The translations under genes were made by a program, and so were the position numbers. A stretch of DNA of 64,000 bases, taken from positions 77,567,873 through 77,631,872 of the forward strand of contig NC_068984.1 in the NCBI RefSeq assembly GCF_001194135.2, given 5' to 3'. Origin of the DNA: Octopus bimaculoides. Taxonomy: Eukaryota. Under the pieces are notes generated by a model, which saw nothing but the letters and a program-made list of their open reading frames with translations, did no database searches and was not told the DNA's origin. Below are positions 48,641-62,099 of the stretch, piece after piece (the stretch's first letter is position 1; the number at the start of each line of letters is the position of its first letter).

Positions 48641-48744
48641 TCAAATATAAAGAAAAGATAGAAAGTTGTAATAGAAAAGAATACAAAATATTTTTTGAAA
48701 AAACATGGAATGAAAAAGAAAAAAAAAAAACATCATTTCATAAA

Positions 48745-48969
48745 TCACACTCGAAATGCGAGAACATCAGCTTCGTTTTCTGGTTTCTTGATTCTTCGAC
48801 AGTGGCCATAGTCCATTTCATCTTCTGCCTGACATTCAAACCCTTTATTGCATGGACAAATATGAAGTGCATCTTCAGGCATGCAGAATTCACCTTCTCT
48901 GCGCATGCGTCGGCAAGCTTGCTTATATGCTGCTTTCTGTCCTTTGTACTGAGGCCTATAAGCAATAAC
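48745..48969 (-). CDS. Terminal exon of a prokineticin/astakine-like (colipase-fold) small cysteine-rich protein; 5' exon(s) not located
   Basis: Acceptor TATCTTATTTTTCTATTTCTTATTAG|, phase 0, 74 aa + TGA: VIAYRPQYKGQKAAYKQACRRMRREGEFCMPEDALHICPCNKGFECQAEDEMDYGHCRRIKKPENEADVLAFRV*. Cys pattern C-x9-C-x8-CPC-x5-C-x10-C; the x9 (with EGE) and CPC-x5-C spacings match prokineticins. Confidence 0.75.
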   Translation of the reverse strand, partial: VIAYRPQYKGQKAAYKQACRRMRREGEFCMPEDALHICPCNKGFECQAEDEMDYGHCRRIKKPENEADVLAFRV

Positions 48970-49689
48970 CTAATAAGAAATAGAAAAATAAGATATATTG
49001 TATTTTTTGTTATTGTGAGAATTATATACCGTATGTGTTATCACATAATATCGCTATTATCAGTCTGATTTAGATTATCAGTTAAAAGTAACATGCAAAA
49101 TTTTAAAACGGATACAATGAATGTGCACCTCTATTATGTATCAATAATCTTTTCAAACTTAGAAACTTCGAGAGAGCGTGAAATAATTCTTTTGAAAACG
49201 GTGAAACTCGAAGCAGAAGAAGTTATAAATAGTAGATGGATCTAAAAAACCCTTTGGATAGAAAAATTCGAAGGTGACTCTTGAGACTTGAACCCACATC
49301 ATGCATACAAGTGTGTTAAAACCAAAGAGTGTGTATTCATGTATGAATCTATGTATATGTATTTGTAAATAAAGAGTTGTTGATAAAATGTCCTTTATTT
49401 GGACTTTCATCGACAAGCAAACCACGTCTTTAGTCATTCAGGAGTCTAATATGAGTGGAACTTTAGCCGTATGCAACTTGAAACGTAAGTTGTTTTATGA
49501 TTATTAGTATGTTTCACTCTCATTGATAGTATACTTAATACAGAGCCCAACCAGAAAGTAAAAACATTATAAGAATATAACGACATTAAAAGGATAGAAT
49601 GGAAGCAAGACAGTCGAGAGATTTTCTACATGGTTTTGTCTAGCATCATTTCCCGAGTCAATCGCTTGAAAATGACATTGTAGAAATGT

Positions 49690-49800
49690 CCATCTGTCAC
49701 GGTAATTTAAATTCACTCCGGATTTCTCAGAGAGGAACACTGTGGATTGCTTTCTCAGACAGGCACAGCCTGCAACGCCGTTCTATTTTTCATCTACAAG
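49690..49800 (-). mobile_element. Possible Penelope-like element C-terminal fragment
   Basis: RRCRLCLSEKAI...IRSE resembles the C-x-LCL-x-EK...LNxRSE end of GIY-YIG PLE proteins; short and degenerate. Confidence 0.35.
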
Positions 49801-50932
49801 TATAAATTCTACTCACAATGTGCTGAGTGTTCTTTCCTTTCCTTTGTACACATACATTTATGTACACACACACACACACACACACACACANNNNNNNNNN
49901 NNNNNNNNNNNNNNNNNNNNNNNNNNNNNNNNNNNNNNNNNNNNNNNNNNNNNNNNNNNNNNNNNNNNNNNNNNNNNNNNNNNNNNNNNNNNNNNNNNNN
50001 NNNNNNNNNNNNNNNNNNNNNNNNNNNNNNNNNNNNNNNNNNNNNNNNNNNNNNNNNNNNNNNNNNNNNNNNNNNNNNNNNNNNNNNNNNNNNNNNNNNN
50101 NNNNNNNNNNNNNNNNNNNNNNNNNNNNNNNNNNNNNNNNNNNNNNNNNNNNNNNNNNNNNNNNNNNNNNNNNNNNNNNNNNNNNNNNNNNNNNNNNNNN
50201 NNNNNNNNNNNNNNNNNNNNNNNNNNNNNNNNNNNNNNNNNNNNNNNNNNNNNNNNNNNNNNNNNNNNNNNNNNNNNNNNNNNNNNNNNNNNNNNNNNNN
50301 NNNNNNNNNNNNNNNNNNNNNNNNNNNNNNNNNNNNNNNNNNNNNNNNNNNNNNNNNNNNNNNNNNNNNNNNNNNNNNNNNNNNNNNNNNNNNNNNNNNN
50401 NNNNNNNNNNNNNNNNNNNNNNNNNNNNNNNNNNNNNNNNNNNNNNNNNNNNNNNNNNNNNNNNNNNNNNNNNNNNNNNNNNNNNNNNNNNNNNNNNNNN
50501 NNNNNNNNNNNNNNNNNNNNNNNNNNNNNNNNNNNNNNNNNNNNNNNNNNNNNNNNNNNNNNNNNNNNNNNNNNNNNNNNNNNNNNNNNNNNNNNNNNNN
50601 NNNNNNNNNNNNNNNNNNNNNNNNNNNNNNNNNNNNNNNNNNNNNNNNNNNNNNNNNNNNCTCTAAATAAGTAAATGAGTGGAAATTTTACCGGTGAGTG
50701 TGTTAAATTGTAAGGCAGTAAAAGAGAATGAATCTCCCCAGACACAACAGTATATATATATATATATATAGATAGATACACACACACACACACATATAGA
50801 TATATAAACATTATCAACCGCATGTTCTTAATGCATTTGTCTCGTGTATGTGTCTGTAAGCTGCTATCGGTGTGGTGGAGAATAGCCTCTCAGAGCGCCG
50901 GGTGCAAAACATCTTAGAGTCATGGACGCGCG

Positions 50933-50964
<32 letters not shown>

Positions 50965-52121
50965 GACACACACACGCATACACACACACATGTATGTATA
51001 TGTATATTGCATAGTTTATATGGTGAAAATTTATGAATTAACTACGTATCTATATTCATGTATTTCAGTCTATTGTAATGTTGATAGTAGGTAGCTGGTC
51101 ACGGCAATGGAGGTGGTGATGGCATTGGTGGGATATAATTTAATAAAATCATATTCATTAAGTTAATTTAAACTCTAATATTAGATCTAATTATTAGTTA
51201 AGATTTCTGGCGTCTTCTTTGATATTGATGCCAATGTTTTAGGAAATAAATTACGTAGAAAACAAAGAATGTTTTGAATTAGCAGGAAATACAGCATGCT
51301 GTAGATTTTTAGGTTAATCGAGGTCTTTACTTCCTTTCTCTCTGTCACTCACTTTCTCCCCTTTGTCTATATGTATTCATATGTATAGGTCTATATATGT
51401 GTACGCGTGTATGTGAGCGTGTGTGTGTATTTAAGCATAAACGAGTGTTTGTGTGACTGTGTGTGTGTGTATGTGAGAGAGAGAGAGAGAGAGAGAGAGA
51501 GGGGAAGAAGAAGAAGAAGAAGAAGAAGAAGAANNNNNNNNNNNNNNNNNNNNNNNNNNNNNNNNNNNNNNNNNNNNNNNNNNNNNNNNNNNNNNNNNNN
51601 NNNNNNNNNNNNNNNNNNNNNNNNNNNNNNNNNNNNNNNNNNNNNNNNNNNNNNNNNNNNNNNNNNNNNNNNNNNNNNNNNNNNNNNNNNNNNNNNNNNN
51701 NNNNNNNNNNNNNNNNNNNNNNNNNNNNNNNNNNNNNNNNNNNNNNNNNNNNNNNNNNNNNNNNTAGAGATGGATTTCACATGTAATTGAAAGGTCTAAC
51801 CTTGTCACGGTCAAGGCCACGTAGTTTTTTTCATGCGAATTAAGGGAATGGGTTGCTTTTTTCATGACAATTATGAGCATGGGTTGTTCATCTCCTTACA
51901 ACCTAAGTCAACCATTAGGCAGCTTGGTTCGTTAAACATTTCAATACTCACCGTTGAAATCAATTAATTCCGATCCATCCATTTATCCGTCCTTCCATCT
52001 ATTTCCCCATCCATTCCATCCATCCATCCATCCATCCATCCATCCAACTATCCATCCGTACATACATGCATACATACATACATACATACATACATACATA
52101 CATACATAAAGATATGTATAA

Positions 52122-52388
52122 AGATCCCCTTCGGTCATGAATAACCATAAAATTGCACCTAAAAAGTTACCCTCCGAGGCATAAAGTCCAGACAAGGTTG
52201 TTATCCAAGGGAAAGGCCAATACAGCTTGGCACCAGTGACGTAATTCATTTCTACAGCTGTGTGAACTGAAGTAACGTGAATAAAGTGTCTTGCTCAAGA
52301 ACATGACTTTCAACCCGGTCCAGAAATCGAATTCACCACTTCATGATTGTGAGCCCAACGCTCTAACCACTGAGCCATGTGTCTTCAC
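52122..52388 (-). mobile_element. tRNA-derived SINE with CORE-like segment (family F), internally deleted
   Basis: Reverse-complement head GTGAAGACACATGGCTCAGTGGTTAGAGCGTTGGGCTCACAATC...GTGAATTCGATTTC; TCTTGAGCAAGACACTTTATTCACG...CAGCTGTAGAAATG. Confidence 0.8.
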
Positions 52389-52572
52389 ATGCATGCATAC
52401 ATACATACATACATACATACATACATACATACATACATACATACATGCATACATACATGTATGCATGTATTCATACATACATACATACATACATACATAC
52501 ATACATACATACATACATACATACATAAATTCATACATACATACATGTATGCATACCTACATACATAAGAAT

Positions 52573-53395
52573 GCTACAAATACCTTGGCGCTGATAAAAA
52601 AAACATCATACGAAGATGCTGTGAATAAAGATAGAGTGACCCGAGAATATCTCACCGGACTTCGGAAAATATGGCAATCGGAACTCTCCTCTTACAACAG
52701 AGAATATCCCACAATGCATTTGTAATACCAGTGCTGATCCCAACATTTAGGACACGTGACTGGTCTGTAGACGAAATTCACTCCATAGATCTTAAAACAC
52801 TCAAAATCTTGGCATCAACTTGAAATTTCCACAGAAACAGTATTATCAATAGGCTCTACTTATGAATAGATGAAGGAGGCAGAGTCTTGAGATTAGTACA
52901 GACAGCCTTTGAATGTCGTATAGCCTCTCTCGGACAGTACCTACTAAACAAAAGCAGCAAAAATAAATACTCAAACCTTGTGTTGAAAATTGTAGAGAAC
53001 AACATACCACGTGTCGACAGTGAGCTCCTCAGGAAATGCTCTCTTCCTGATGAACTTACATACAACCCCAAAACAGCTGAGCTAACATACCCCAAAGACC
53101 TTAATGTGAAATGCTTACCATACCAAAAAAAAAAAAAAAAAAAAAAANNNNNNNNNNNNNNNNNNNNNNNNNNNNNNNNNNNNNNNNNNNNNNNNNNNNN
53201 NNNNNNTGTAGAGAACAACATACCACGTGTCGACAGTGAGCTCCTCAGGAAATGCTCTCTTCCTGATGAACTTACATACAACCCCAAAACAGCTGAGCTA
53301 ACATACCCCAAAGACCTTAATGTGAAATGCTTACCATACCAAAAAAAAAAAAAAAAAAAGACTATGCATGGATATGTTTCCCGAAGACTTGAAGA
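52573..53395 (+). mobile_element. R4/Dong-like LINE RT C-terminal fragment (pseudogene)
   Basis: YKYLG...REYLTGLRKIWQSELSSYNR...HNAFVIPVL...RLYL*IDEGGRVL...MHGYVSR; frameshifts and stops; follows a (TACA)n array. Confidence 0.8.
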
Positions 53396-53464
53396 TAACC
53401 GTCATATTAATCTTTTTGATAAGCTGCAGCACCATGCTATAACTCCTGATAAATTAACACGACG

Positions 53465-53830
53465 TTCCTTCGTAAAATGCTGATTTTCAGGTCCGCTGGA
53501 GATGCAACTTCAGAAGTTGTTAATTGAGCCATGTAATTTCATCGTAGTCTCATCACTGCAAACACTCTTTGTTGGAAAGCGTGTATCTTCTCATCTTTCC
53601 AAGAACTGCTCACAAAATTCTACTCTTCAGTTCGGGTCATCTTCATTGAGAGCTAAGACTGTTCTTGGAATGTAACATTTCTAATGGCTGTCTCAAAATG
53701 CGACGGACGCTTAATTTTGAAATTTTTAAGCTAACAACTCGTTGATCGCACAGGTTTTCTTGGACTCGGACAATATGTTTCTATAATATGTTTCTAGAGT
53801 ATCTAGTCTTCTGAAATATTTCTTGTGGAC
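53465..53830 (-). mobile_element. Old Tc1/mariner-superfamily transposase relic
   Basis: Reverse-complement peptides KLSVRRIL, ALNEDDP, RVEFCEQF, CSDETTMKLHGSIN (SDE-x-x-F-x-L-x-G-x-V-N-type motif). Confidence 0.6.
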
Positions 53831-53892
53831 ATTCTGGTCCCCAGACTAATTATGTTTAATATAAATTAACTTATTTACCTAAATTTTAACAC

Positions 53893-54472
53893 CGGTCCCA
53901 GCGTTCCTGCCACTTTTGGAATCCGGCCTAGAAGTCGTTTTCCGTAAGCGAGTCGAGGACCTTCTGCAATTCGATCTTGATCTCGACAACAGTGTTAAAA
54001 CGGCGACATTTGAGCTGCATTTTGATCTTGGGGAATAGATGGAAGTTTGCAGATGCTAAATCTGGCGAATAGGATGAGTGCGGAAACGGTACTAGTTGGC
54101 GAGAAACTCAGGAGTAAGGAGAGCTCGGTGACAGGGTGCACTGTCGTCGTGAAAAATCCAATTCTTTGCACTCCACAGATCCGGTTGCTTCCACCGAATG
54201 TCCTCCCTCAAATGCTTCAAAACGTCGCTGCAGAATTCTCAACTGACGGTCTGGCCCTGGGGAACGAATTCTTGATGCATAATACCGCAGATATCAACAA
54301 AGACGATGAGCATGCTCCTGATCGAGCTGCGGCTCTGTCATGCCCTTCAAAGCGCCCGTACCACTCAGAATTGCGTACGATCCATTGTCTCGTCGCTGTA
54401 AGCTTGCCGTAGCATGCCCAATGTCTCTGTAGCAGACTTCCCAAGTTTAACGCAAAATTTCACGTTGACTCT
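53893..54472 (-). mobile_element. Mariner (DD34D-type) relic, internally deleted
   Basis: PHSSYSPDLASANFHLFPKIKMQLKCRRFNTVVEI...FQKWQERW; homologous to 58161-59147 but lacking ~400 bp. Confidence 0.85.
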
Positions 54473-54737
54473 NNNNNNNNNNNNNNNNNNNNNNNNNNNN
54501 NNNNNNNNNNNNNNNNNNNNNNNNNNNNNNNNNNNNNNNNNNNNNNNNNNNNNNNNNNNNNNNNNNNNNNNNNNNNNNNNNNNNNNNNNNNNNNNNNNNN
54601 NNNNNNNNNNNNNNNNNNNNNNNNNNNNNNNNNNNNNNNAGTAGGGTGCGATTTGAGTGAGAATTCTTTGCTATTTCTAGCAAGTCGAACGAATTCATAG
54701 AGCTTGTAATGGCGATGTTTATTATTATTGGTGGTGG

Positions 54738-54852
54738 TTGAGTTCAAATTCCGCCGAGGTCGACTTTGCCTTTCATCCTTTCGGGGTCGATAAATTAAGT
54801 ACTGGGGTCGATCTAGTCGACTGACCTCCCACCACCAAAATTTCGAGCCTTG
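54738..54852 (+). mobile_element. Partial family A SINE
   Basis: GAGTTCAAATTCCGCCGAGGTCGACTTTGCCTTTCATCCTTTCGGGGTCGATAAATTAAGTAC. Confidence 0.85.
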
Positions 54853-55986
54853 GTGGTGGTGATGATGGCGATGGCGGCGGCCGTGGTGGTGGAAGGGGTG
54901 ATAGTGACGGTAGTAGCGTTTTGATCATTTCATTTTTGTTTTGTGTATTATTTTGTATACTACTGTTGCAGCTAGCGGTTATGTTAATGCATTGCATGAG
55001 TAAATGTTGTTGTTGTTGTTGTTGTTGTTGTTGCTGCTGCTGCTGCTGCTGATGATGATGATGGTGATGTTCAGCTCATGATGATGTTCAGCTCATGTCA
55101 AACAGTCCTGTGGCGGGCGGACGGGCTGCAGAGCGACCAAGCTCAACTTAGCTCGATGTGTTGCATCAGTTATACTATGTATCCATTTTATGATGACAGG
55201 GTGTTGTTTGAGTTATATTTGGCTGCTATTTCTAGCTATCAAAGATAGGCCTCAACGTTGGCTTGTGTTTATTGCTATGGCTATTGATGATGTTGATGGG
55301 AATGTTGTTTAGCGTCGGGTCGCTCTGATCGCGCTGTCCTTTGGCATATAAGTTACTCGGTCGAATGATTTAGTGCAATACACTGATCTACTCAGATATA
55401 CCATATTCTTTCTACCATATGACTATAATGCGCATTTCCATAAGACAAAATTGATCTAATAAGGTGCATGTTATCTTTTAACTAGCTACTGACCAGTCTG
55501 CTGGAGAAAGAAATACGTTGAGAAGCGTGTCCATACGTCTGAAGATGTACACGCATATCGGCAACCATGAAACTTGGAGTAATACGGACCTAAGTCAACT
55601 TGTTATTAAATATTTACGACTCCAACTACATGTGTAGCATGCTGCTTTCTTTTGTTTGTTCGTTCGTTTGTTTGTTTGTTTGTTTGTTTGTTTTTGGCAT
55701 TCAACACATTTGGTAGGAGATACATATATTTTAACAACAATTTAACTCAACTTTAACTAACTTTAAAGTTTCGTGGGCGTGTAGGACAAGTTTATTTCAT
55801 CAGATAGCTGTTGAGGAGGACGTGTCCTTCGCACCTACCAAACTTTAAGTCACATGGAACTGAGTCAAACTGCTATTATACATATATAATGCGAATGCGA
55901 ACATATTCATACGTACATATATATATACTGTTGTCTATTTCCTAGCTACACAGAAATTTTTAACGGAGCTAACCAGCCAGAATTAG

Positions 55987-56640
55987 CATCCTCATCATCA
56001 TCTGCATTTTCCAACTCTTTGAATGTGAGGGTGGGTCGTCTGACAATTCTTCTCTATTCACGCATATCAGATATGAGCAGCCTTTATCGAAAAGCAGGCC
56101 GCGTGAGACGGTTAATCCTCAAGATAATTTTTTGATAGGTGTGCCATTCAGAAAGCTCTACGAGCCACAATTTGCCCATGACTGATTTATATACTCTGCT
56201 TTTTTCTGTAGTGCTTTCTTATGGCATTTTCCCAGGAACTTTTCCNNNNNNNNNNTTTCCCAGGAACTTTTCCCCTGACCAATAATTTTTGTCGACTATG
56301 AGTTCTTACGACAAATTCAAAATACATAAGGTTTTAGTGTTCATTTCTTTTACAGAATTCAACTCAATCTGACTATTTTTCAACACACACAGATTTGTTC
56401 TTTGTTTTCAATTCAGCTAATCCTTAGCATTTTTTCTATAGCATCAAACATAGAAGCTATCTATCTTCTCCCATCAGCTTTCAGATCCAAGCATTACAAT
56501 CCGAAATATCAAAGTGTGCAGCCCCGTCAACTTCGTCTTTAGATTTTCTTTTTCTTTTCCAAATGCGGTTTAAAAAGATTGCAGCAGATTTTGTTATGGC
56601 AATTCCTCTTTTTATCTTTTTGCCACCATCACATTGATTT
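55987..56640 (-). mobile_element. RTE (BovB-like) LINE 3' fragment, distinct from the family C partner
   Basis: Reverse complement: KIKRGIAITKSA..LNRIW..NLKTKL..HTLIF.IVMLGSES...CYRKMLRIS...IIGQGKVPGK; GATGATGAGGATG tail. Confidence 0.7.
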
Positions 56641-56914
56641 GTAATAATACCTCCATGACATCAGAACTCATACACCACTTTGACAGTGTGATTATTAATT
56701 ATTATTAGAGGATTATTGTCATCATTATGTTCATCAGGTGATTATCGATTTACTTTTTGCCAAAATTAATGAATAAATCATATTCTGGATATTTTTCTTT
56801 CACTTTCTCTTAATCACATCCAACCATCTTAATAAAAAGGAATGACAAATTGGATAATCTAGTTTTAAATACATTAACACACATGGATAGAATGCCATTG
56901 ATAATAAGGTTTGC

Positions 56915-57179
56915 TGACAACAGCAGTACCACCACCAACATCACCACATACTACAACAACAACAACACTATCAGCAATAGTACCACCATCATTCTACCGC
57001 CACCAGCAACCACAATACCAGTAAAAACAACACCAACGGCAACCACTACCAGCAAACATCAGTAAAATCATCATCATCATCAGCAGCAGCAGCAGCAATA
57101 CCACTACCATCACCACTATCATCACAACCACCACAATCACCATCAACTCCAACACCAACAACAATACCAACACCTACAA

Positions 57180-57226
<47 letters not shown>

Positions 57227-57595
57227 CCATAGTCGTCGTCGTCGTCGTCACTGACAACAACACTACCACACAACCATCAGCACCAGTATCACCATTACCA
57301 CCACCGTCACCATCACAACCTCCATCACTACCACCACTACCATGACCATGACCATCACCACCACCATCCCCTCACCATCACCATCATCACTATTATCACC
57401 ATCAGAACCACCATCATCAACACCAGCACCACCATCACCACCACCATCATCATCACTATCACCATCATCATCATCACCACCACCACCACCACCACTACCT
57501 GCACCACCGTCACCACCATCGTCACCATCATCACCACAAACATCAGTATCACCACCACCATCACCACTACCATCGCTACCACCACCAACGGCAAC
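56915..57595. repeat. Mosaic trinucleotide low-complexity tract (CAC/CAT/CAA/CAG/CGT)
   Basis: Direct reading; no coding signature beyond homopolymer translations. Confidence 0.85.
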
Positions 57596-57940
57596 AATAA
57601 ATATTGAAAATTATGAAGTGGTACTTAGGTTTAAAATATAACTGAATTTTTTTAAAGATAAATATAGAAGTCTGTTCGTAAGATTGAAAATATTTTTGAG
57701 AAGTCTCTACCCGCAAAAATATTTGTAGAGAATAGCAATGAGAAGAATGAGATCAATAACAAGTGAATCAGATCGATGCTGAGAATCTTTGCTAAACCAA
57801 GGGCGCTGGTGATGTTTATTTGATATCAATATTCCATGGGAATGAGTACAGTGATCCTCAAAGTGTAAGCATAAAAGGAAAATGAGGTTCAACAGATCAG
57901 TCAGGGAGACAAGATGCTCGAGGAATGGCAATATATATGC

Positions 57941-57994
<54 letters not shown>

Positions 57995-58160
57995 NNNNNN
58001 NNNNNNNNNNNNNNNNNNNNNNNNNNNNNNNNNNNNNNNNNNNNNNNNNNNNNNNNNNNNNNNNNNNNNNNNNNNNNNNNNNNNNNNNNNNNNNNNNNNN
58101 NNNNNNNNNNNNNNNNNNNNNNNNNNNNNNNNNNNNNNNNNNNNNNNNNNNNNNNNNNNN

Positions 58161-59147
58161 GCGATTCGCTCTGGATCTCGACAACAGTGTGAAAACAGTG
58201 ACCTTTGAGCTGCATTTTGGTCTTGGAGAATAGGGCGGATACCATGTTGTTTTTGGCGAATCTAATTCTTCGCTCTTCACAGATCCGATTGTTTTCGCCG
58301 AATGTCCTCCCTCAAATGTTTCAAAACGTTGCAGTAGAACTCACGATTGATGGTCTGGCCCTGGGCGACGAATTGTCGATGCATAATACCGCGGATGTCG
58401 GAAAAAAAACAAAAACATGAACATGCTCTTGATTGTGCTGCGGCTCTGGCGTGCCTTCTTCGGTCGTGGAGATTAAGGGCTCTTCCACTGTGACGAATGA
58501 TGTTCCGTATCAGTGTCGTACTCGTAGACCCAACTCCTGTCACCTGTGATGATCCCCGATGTGAAGGATGGGTCATCAGCGGCACACTGACGGAGATCTT
58601 GACAGACTTCGACGCGATGCTGTTTCTGCTTAGCAGGCGGGGGACAAACTTAGCACGCCGCATGTTCAATTGAGACGTTAAGTTTGACTGTACGGACCCA
58701 TACGACAGACTAACAACATGAACAATGTCGTTGATTGCCCCCCCCCACCCACTTACGATCCTCATGCAAAAGCTGATGAATTTCCTCCACATTTCCGGGG
58801 GTGACTCTTGTGACAGGTGTTCCAAATCGTTCATCGTCTTTCAGAGATGTTCCTCCGCTTTTGAAGCGCCCGTGCTACACGAAACATTGCGTACGACCCA
58901 TTGCCACGTCACCGTAAGCTTGCTGAAGCATGCTCAATGTCTCTGTAGCAGACTTCCCAAGTTTAACGCAAAATTTCACGTTAGCTCTTTGTCCATGACA
59001 AAAACGCAGACTACAGCATACACAGCGATGTCACTCGACACATTGTCTGATGAAGGTCACTGCTAGGTCACATGGCGCACGCGACCGCGTGCTGCCAACT
59101 GTTGATGTGCTACAGAACTAGTCCGGGAACTTTTTGATACCATCTCG
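58161..59147 (-). mobile_element. Mariner pseudogene with 5' TIR
   Basis: End TA|CGAGATGGTATCAAAAAGTTCCCGGACTAG; AKFVPRLL; ITGD.SWVYEYD; EFYCNVLKHLREDIRRK; YSPDL segment deleted; 3' end lies in a gap. Confidence 0.9.
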
Positions 59148-60459
59148 TATGAGTGTGAGTGTGCTGCTGTACGTAAGATTGTTGAGGAGACAACATAGTA
59201 GAAGAGATGGTGGGGTATGTGTGTGCATGTGCAGGTGTGTGTGTATGTGTGTGTATATGTATGTGTGTGTATGTGTATGTGTGTCTTTGTGTGTGTATGT
59301 GTACGCGCATAAATAAAAAAAATTGTAAATGATTAAGGGAGTAATGCGTATGCCAGCGTGTATGTATGTTCGGTCACGTATATGGAATTATATTTTACTT
59401 TATTTTTGTTTTATTTCAATTCTTGTTTTTTTTTCTTTTGAGTACCTATACAGGGATTCCGGATTTAACATTTCAACCTTAGATTCATTCTGTTTTGTTT
59501 TATATTTTATTTTAGACGTTCCTACTTTTTTTTTACTATAAAATTTTCGAATGTCTACTACCAATACGTACACAGACAAATCGCCATGCTAATAATTCTA
59601 TAGAAACCTTTACGCACTACATATACACATATCTATATAGTAAACAGCACACACACACACACACACACATTTTGGCATACCCCTTCCACTATAACTATCC
59701 ACTTCTTTCAAATTTAAATGAGGATTAAGTTTAAATGATCTTTAATGACCTTTAAGTGTCAAGTATAAGCACAGGTCATCTATTCATAATGTTTAAGAAT
59801 TAAACCGCATTTCTCCGCAAATTATCTATTACTAGCGGGACTAGTGAAAATTGCTCAGTGCGAATCAGTAATTTTGAAAACATTAATGCATTAAATACAA
59901 GCAAAGATATTCAAAAAATTATTTTGAAATAACCACCATTTTATCAAAACTGTACTTTTAGATATAACCGAAATGAACTTATATAAATGAAATTGCTTAT
60001 TTACCTTCTTTTGATATGTTTCACTGATACGATGTACTTTATAGTTTAAGGAAATAAAAGATGAATTAAAATGATAAAACTGATTCATATACATATAATC
60101 AAACTATACGCTTTTCATTATTAAAACTTACAACTGAAATAGTTACTGCAATTGGAGACCTTTAATATAAACGCCTCTCTTAAGGATATATCTATTCCCC
60201 CAAGAAAGGTATCCCTTAAGTCATTAATAAGACCAACTCTTTCATCAGATGGCAAGCTTTCTTCTACGATAATAAAGATATTAAACCACCTTCCAACGAC
60301 CAAATTTCTGAATTCAGTAAATTATTCAAATCTAAAAATAATCCTCTTCCTAACCCAAGACTAAAACAGTTTGAAGCCGATCTCTGATCTATTGTTAAGA
60401 ATGTTAAATTCCATCATTCCCCCTTAAGGAATAAACATCTAAGATATCTACATAATATT

Positions 60460-60672
60460 CTTTTCTACTCTAGGCACAAGGCCCGAAATTTTGGGGGAGG
60501 GGGCAGTCAATTACATCGAACCTAGTACGCAACTGGTACTTAATTTACTGTCTCCGAAAGGATGAAAAGCAAAGTCTACCTCGGCAGAATTTGAACTCAG
60601 AATGTAAAGACAGACGAAATGCCGCTAAGCATTTCGTCCGGCGTGCTAACGTTTCTGCCAGCTCGCTGCCTT
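60460..60672 (-). mobile_element. Full-length family A SINE nested in the PLE, 17-bp TSD
   Basis: GATATCTACATAATATT (60443-59) and GATATTTACATAATATT (60673-89) flank it. Confidence 0.9.
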
Positions 60673-61089
60673 GATATTTACATAATATTACCAAGGACAT
60701 TAACAGCATAGATGGGCTACTTGTTCAATCAGATAAAACCAGCAACCTGTATCACCTAAGCATGGATTATTATCTAAAATTACAAAAAATATACAAGACT
60801 ACTTGGTAAAAATGCTATTAGGAAAGCCAACCTGGAAGCTAAGAAAATTATGGAGAAAAATAACTTACAAATGAAGACTGATCCAAAGCAAACCCGTTTT
60901 ATTTTAAAGGACCACAAACCTAACTTCAATAACCCAACTCTCCGTCTCATCTGTCTTTCTAGCTCTGATATCGGAATACTTAGTAAAAAAAATATTCTTG
61001 ATAAGCACAATCCTTCTTTAAAGAAAAACATTAAACTTAATTTATGGTGTAATTCATTCTAGGTAGTAGACCGGTTCAACTCTATAGAT

Positions 61090-61255
61090 CAGGGGTGGAG
61101 AAACTTTTTAGTGTGGTGGGCAAACATTTTCAATGAAAAAGATCCGCGGGCGGATCACAAGTTCTAACACTTATATCTGTGTGAATCTTGTATACATACG
61201 AGTATACCAGCCTGCGTGTGCAGTTGCGCCCGTGGGCGGGGGTTTCCCCACCCTG
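61090..61255. mobile_element. hAT (Charlie-like) MITE nested in the PLE
   Basis: Ends CAGGGGTGGAGAAAC / GGTTTCCCCACCCTG; 8-bp TSD CTATAGAT / CTATAAAT (7 of 8). Confidence 0.8.
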
Positions 61256-61999
61256 CTATAAATAATAAACTAAACACTAAATTTATCCAGTTTCATATAT
61301 GTAGTTATTCTTCTGTTAATTCTATCATCCATTAATAAAGCCCTATGGTTGGCATATAATAACTCCGGCCTCACCCAAGATGAAATTAATATAGTTTTAG
61401 CAGGTAGAAAATCTATTATCAAGCTTGATAATAAATTTTGGGTTCAAAAAGATAGACCTCATTGTTTTGATATAACAATGGAAGCAGCCGATACCGCCCA
61501 AGTCTCTGATCTGGTCGGTATTTATATTCTATCCGAAATGGCTGATCAATTCCCATATATCTTTGGTGGATTATATCGCGATGATGGTCTTCTTTACCTC
61601 CAAAATATCTCTAATCAAAAATGACAAAATGTTAAAAATAATTTAGTTAAATTCTTCAGTAATATGGGCTTATTTATTAACTTTGATGATAATAGAATAA
61701 AAGTTAATTTCCTTGACCTTACACTCAACTTAAACACAGCTTTGTATTACCCATACTATAAACCTTCAACCAGTCTAAAGTATATCAGTTTTTTTAGCAA
61801 TCATCCTGCAAATATAACAAAAATTTAGTTAAAAGCATTTCGGTTAGACTCTCTAAATTATTCGCTAATGTAAACATTTTTAATAATAATGTTGACATCT
61901 ATAATTTATCTTCGTCAAAGGCAGGGTACAAGTAGCAAATTAAGTATTACAACTTTCTTGATCCTAGTTAACCTCTAATTATCTGGTTGATAGTAGTTA

Positions 62000-62099
<100 letters not shown>

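Noticed and set aside
50690-55590. Candidate 5' exons for the prokineticin-like gene (donors at ~50690, ~51948; segment 55490-55585)
   Set aside because: None encodes the required signal peptide plus C-x-x-D-x-x-C...CC in a phase-0-compatible frame.
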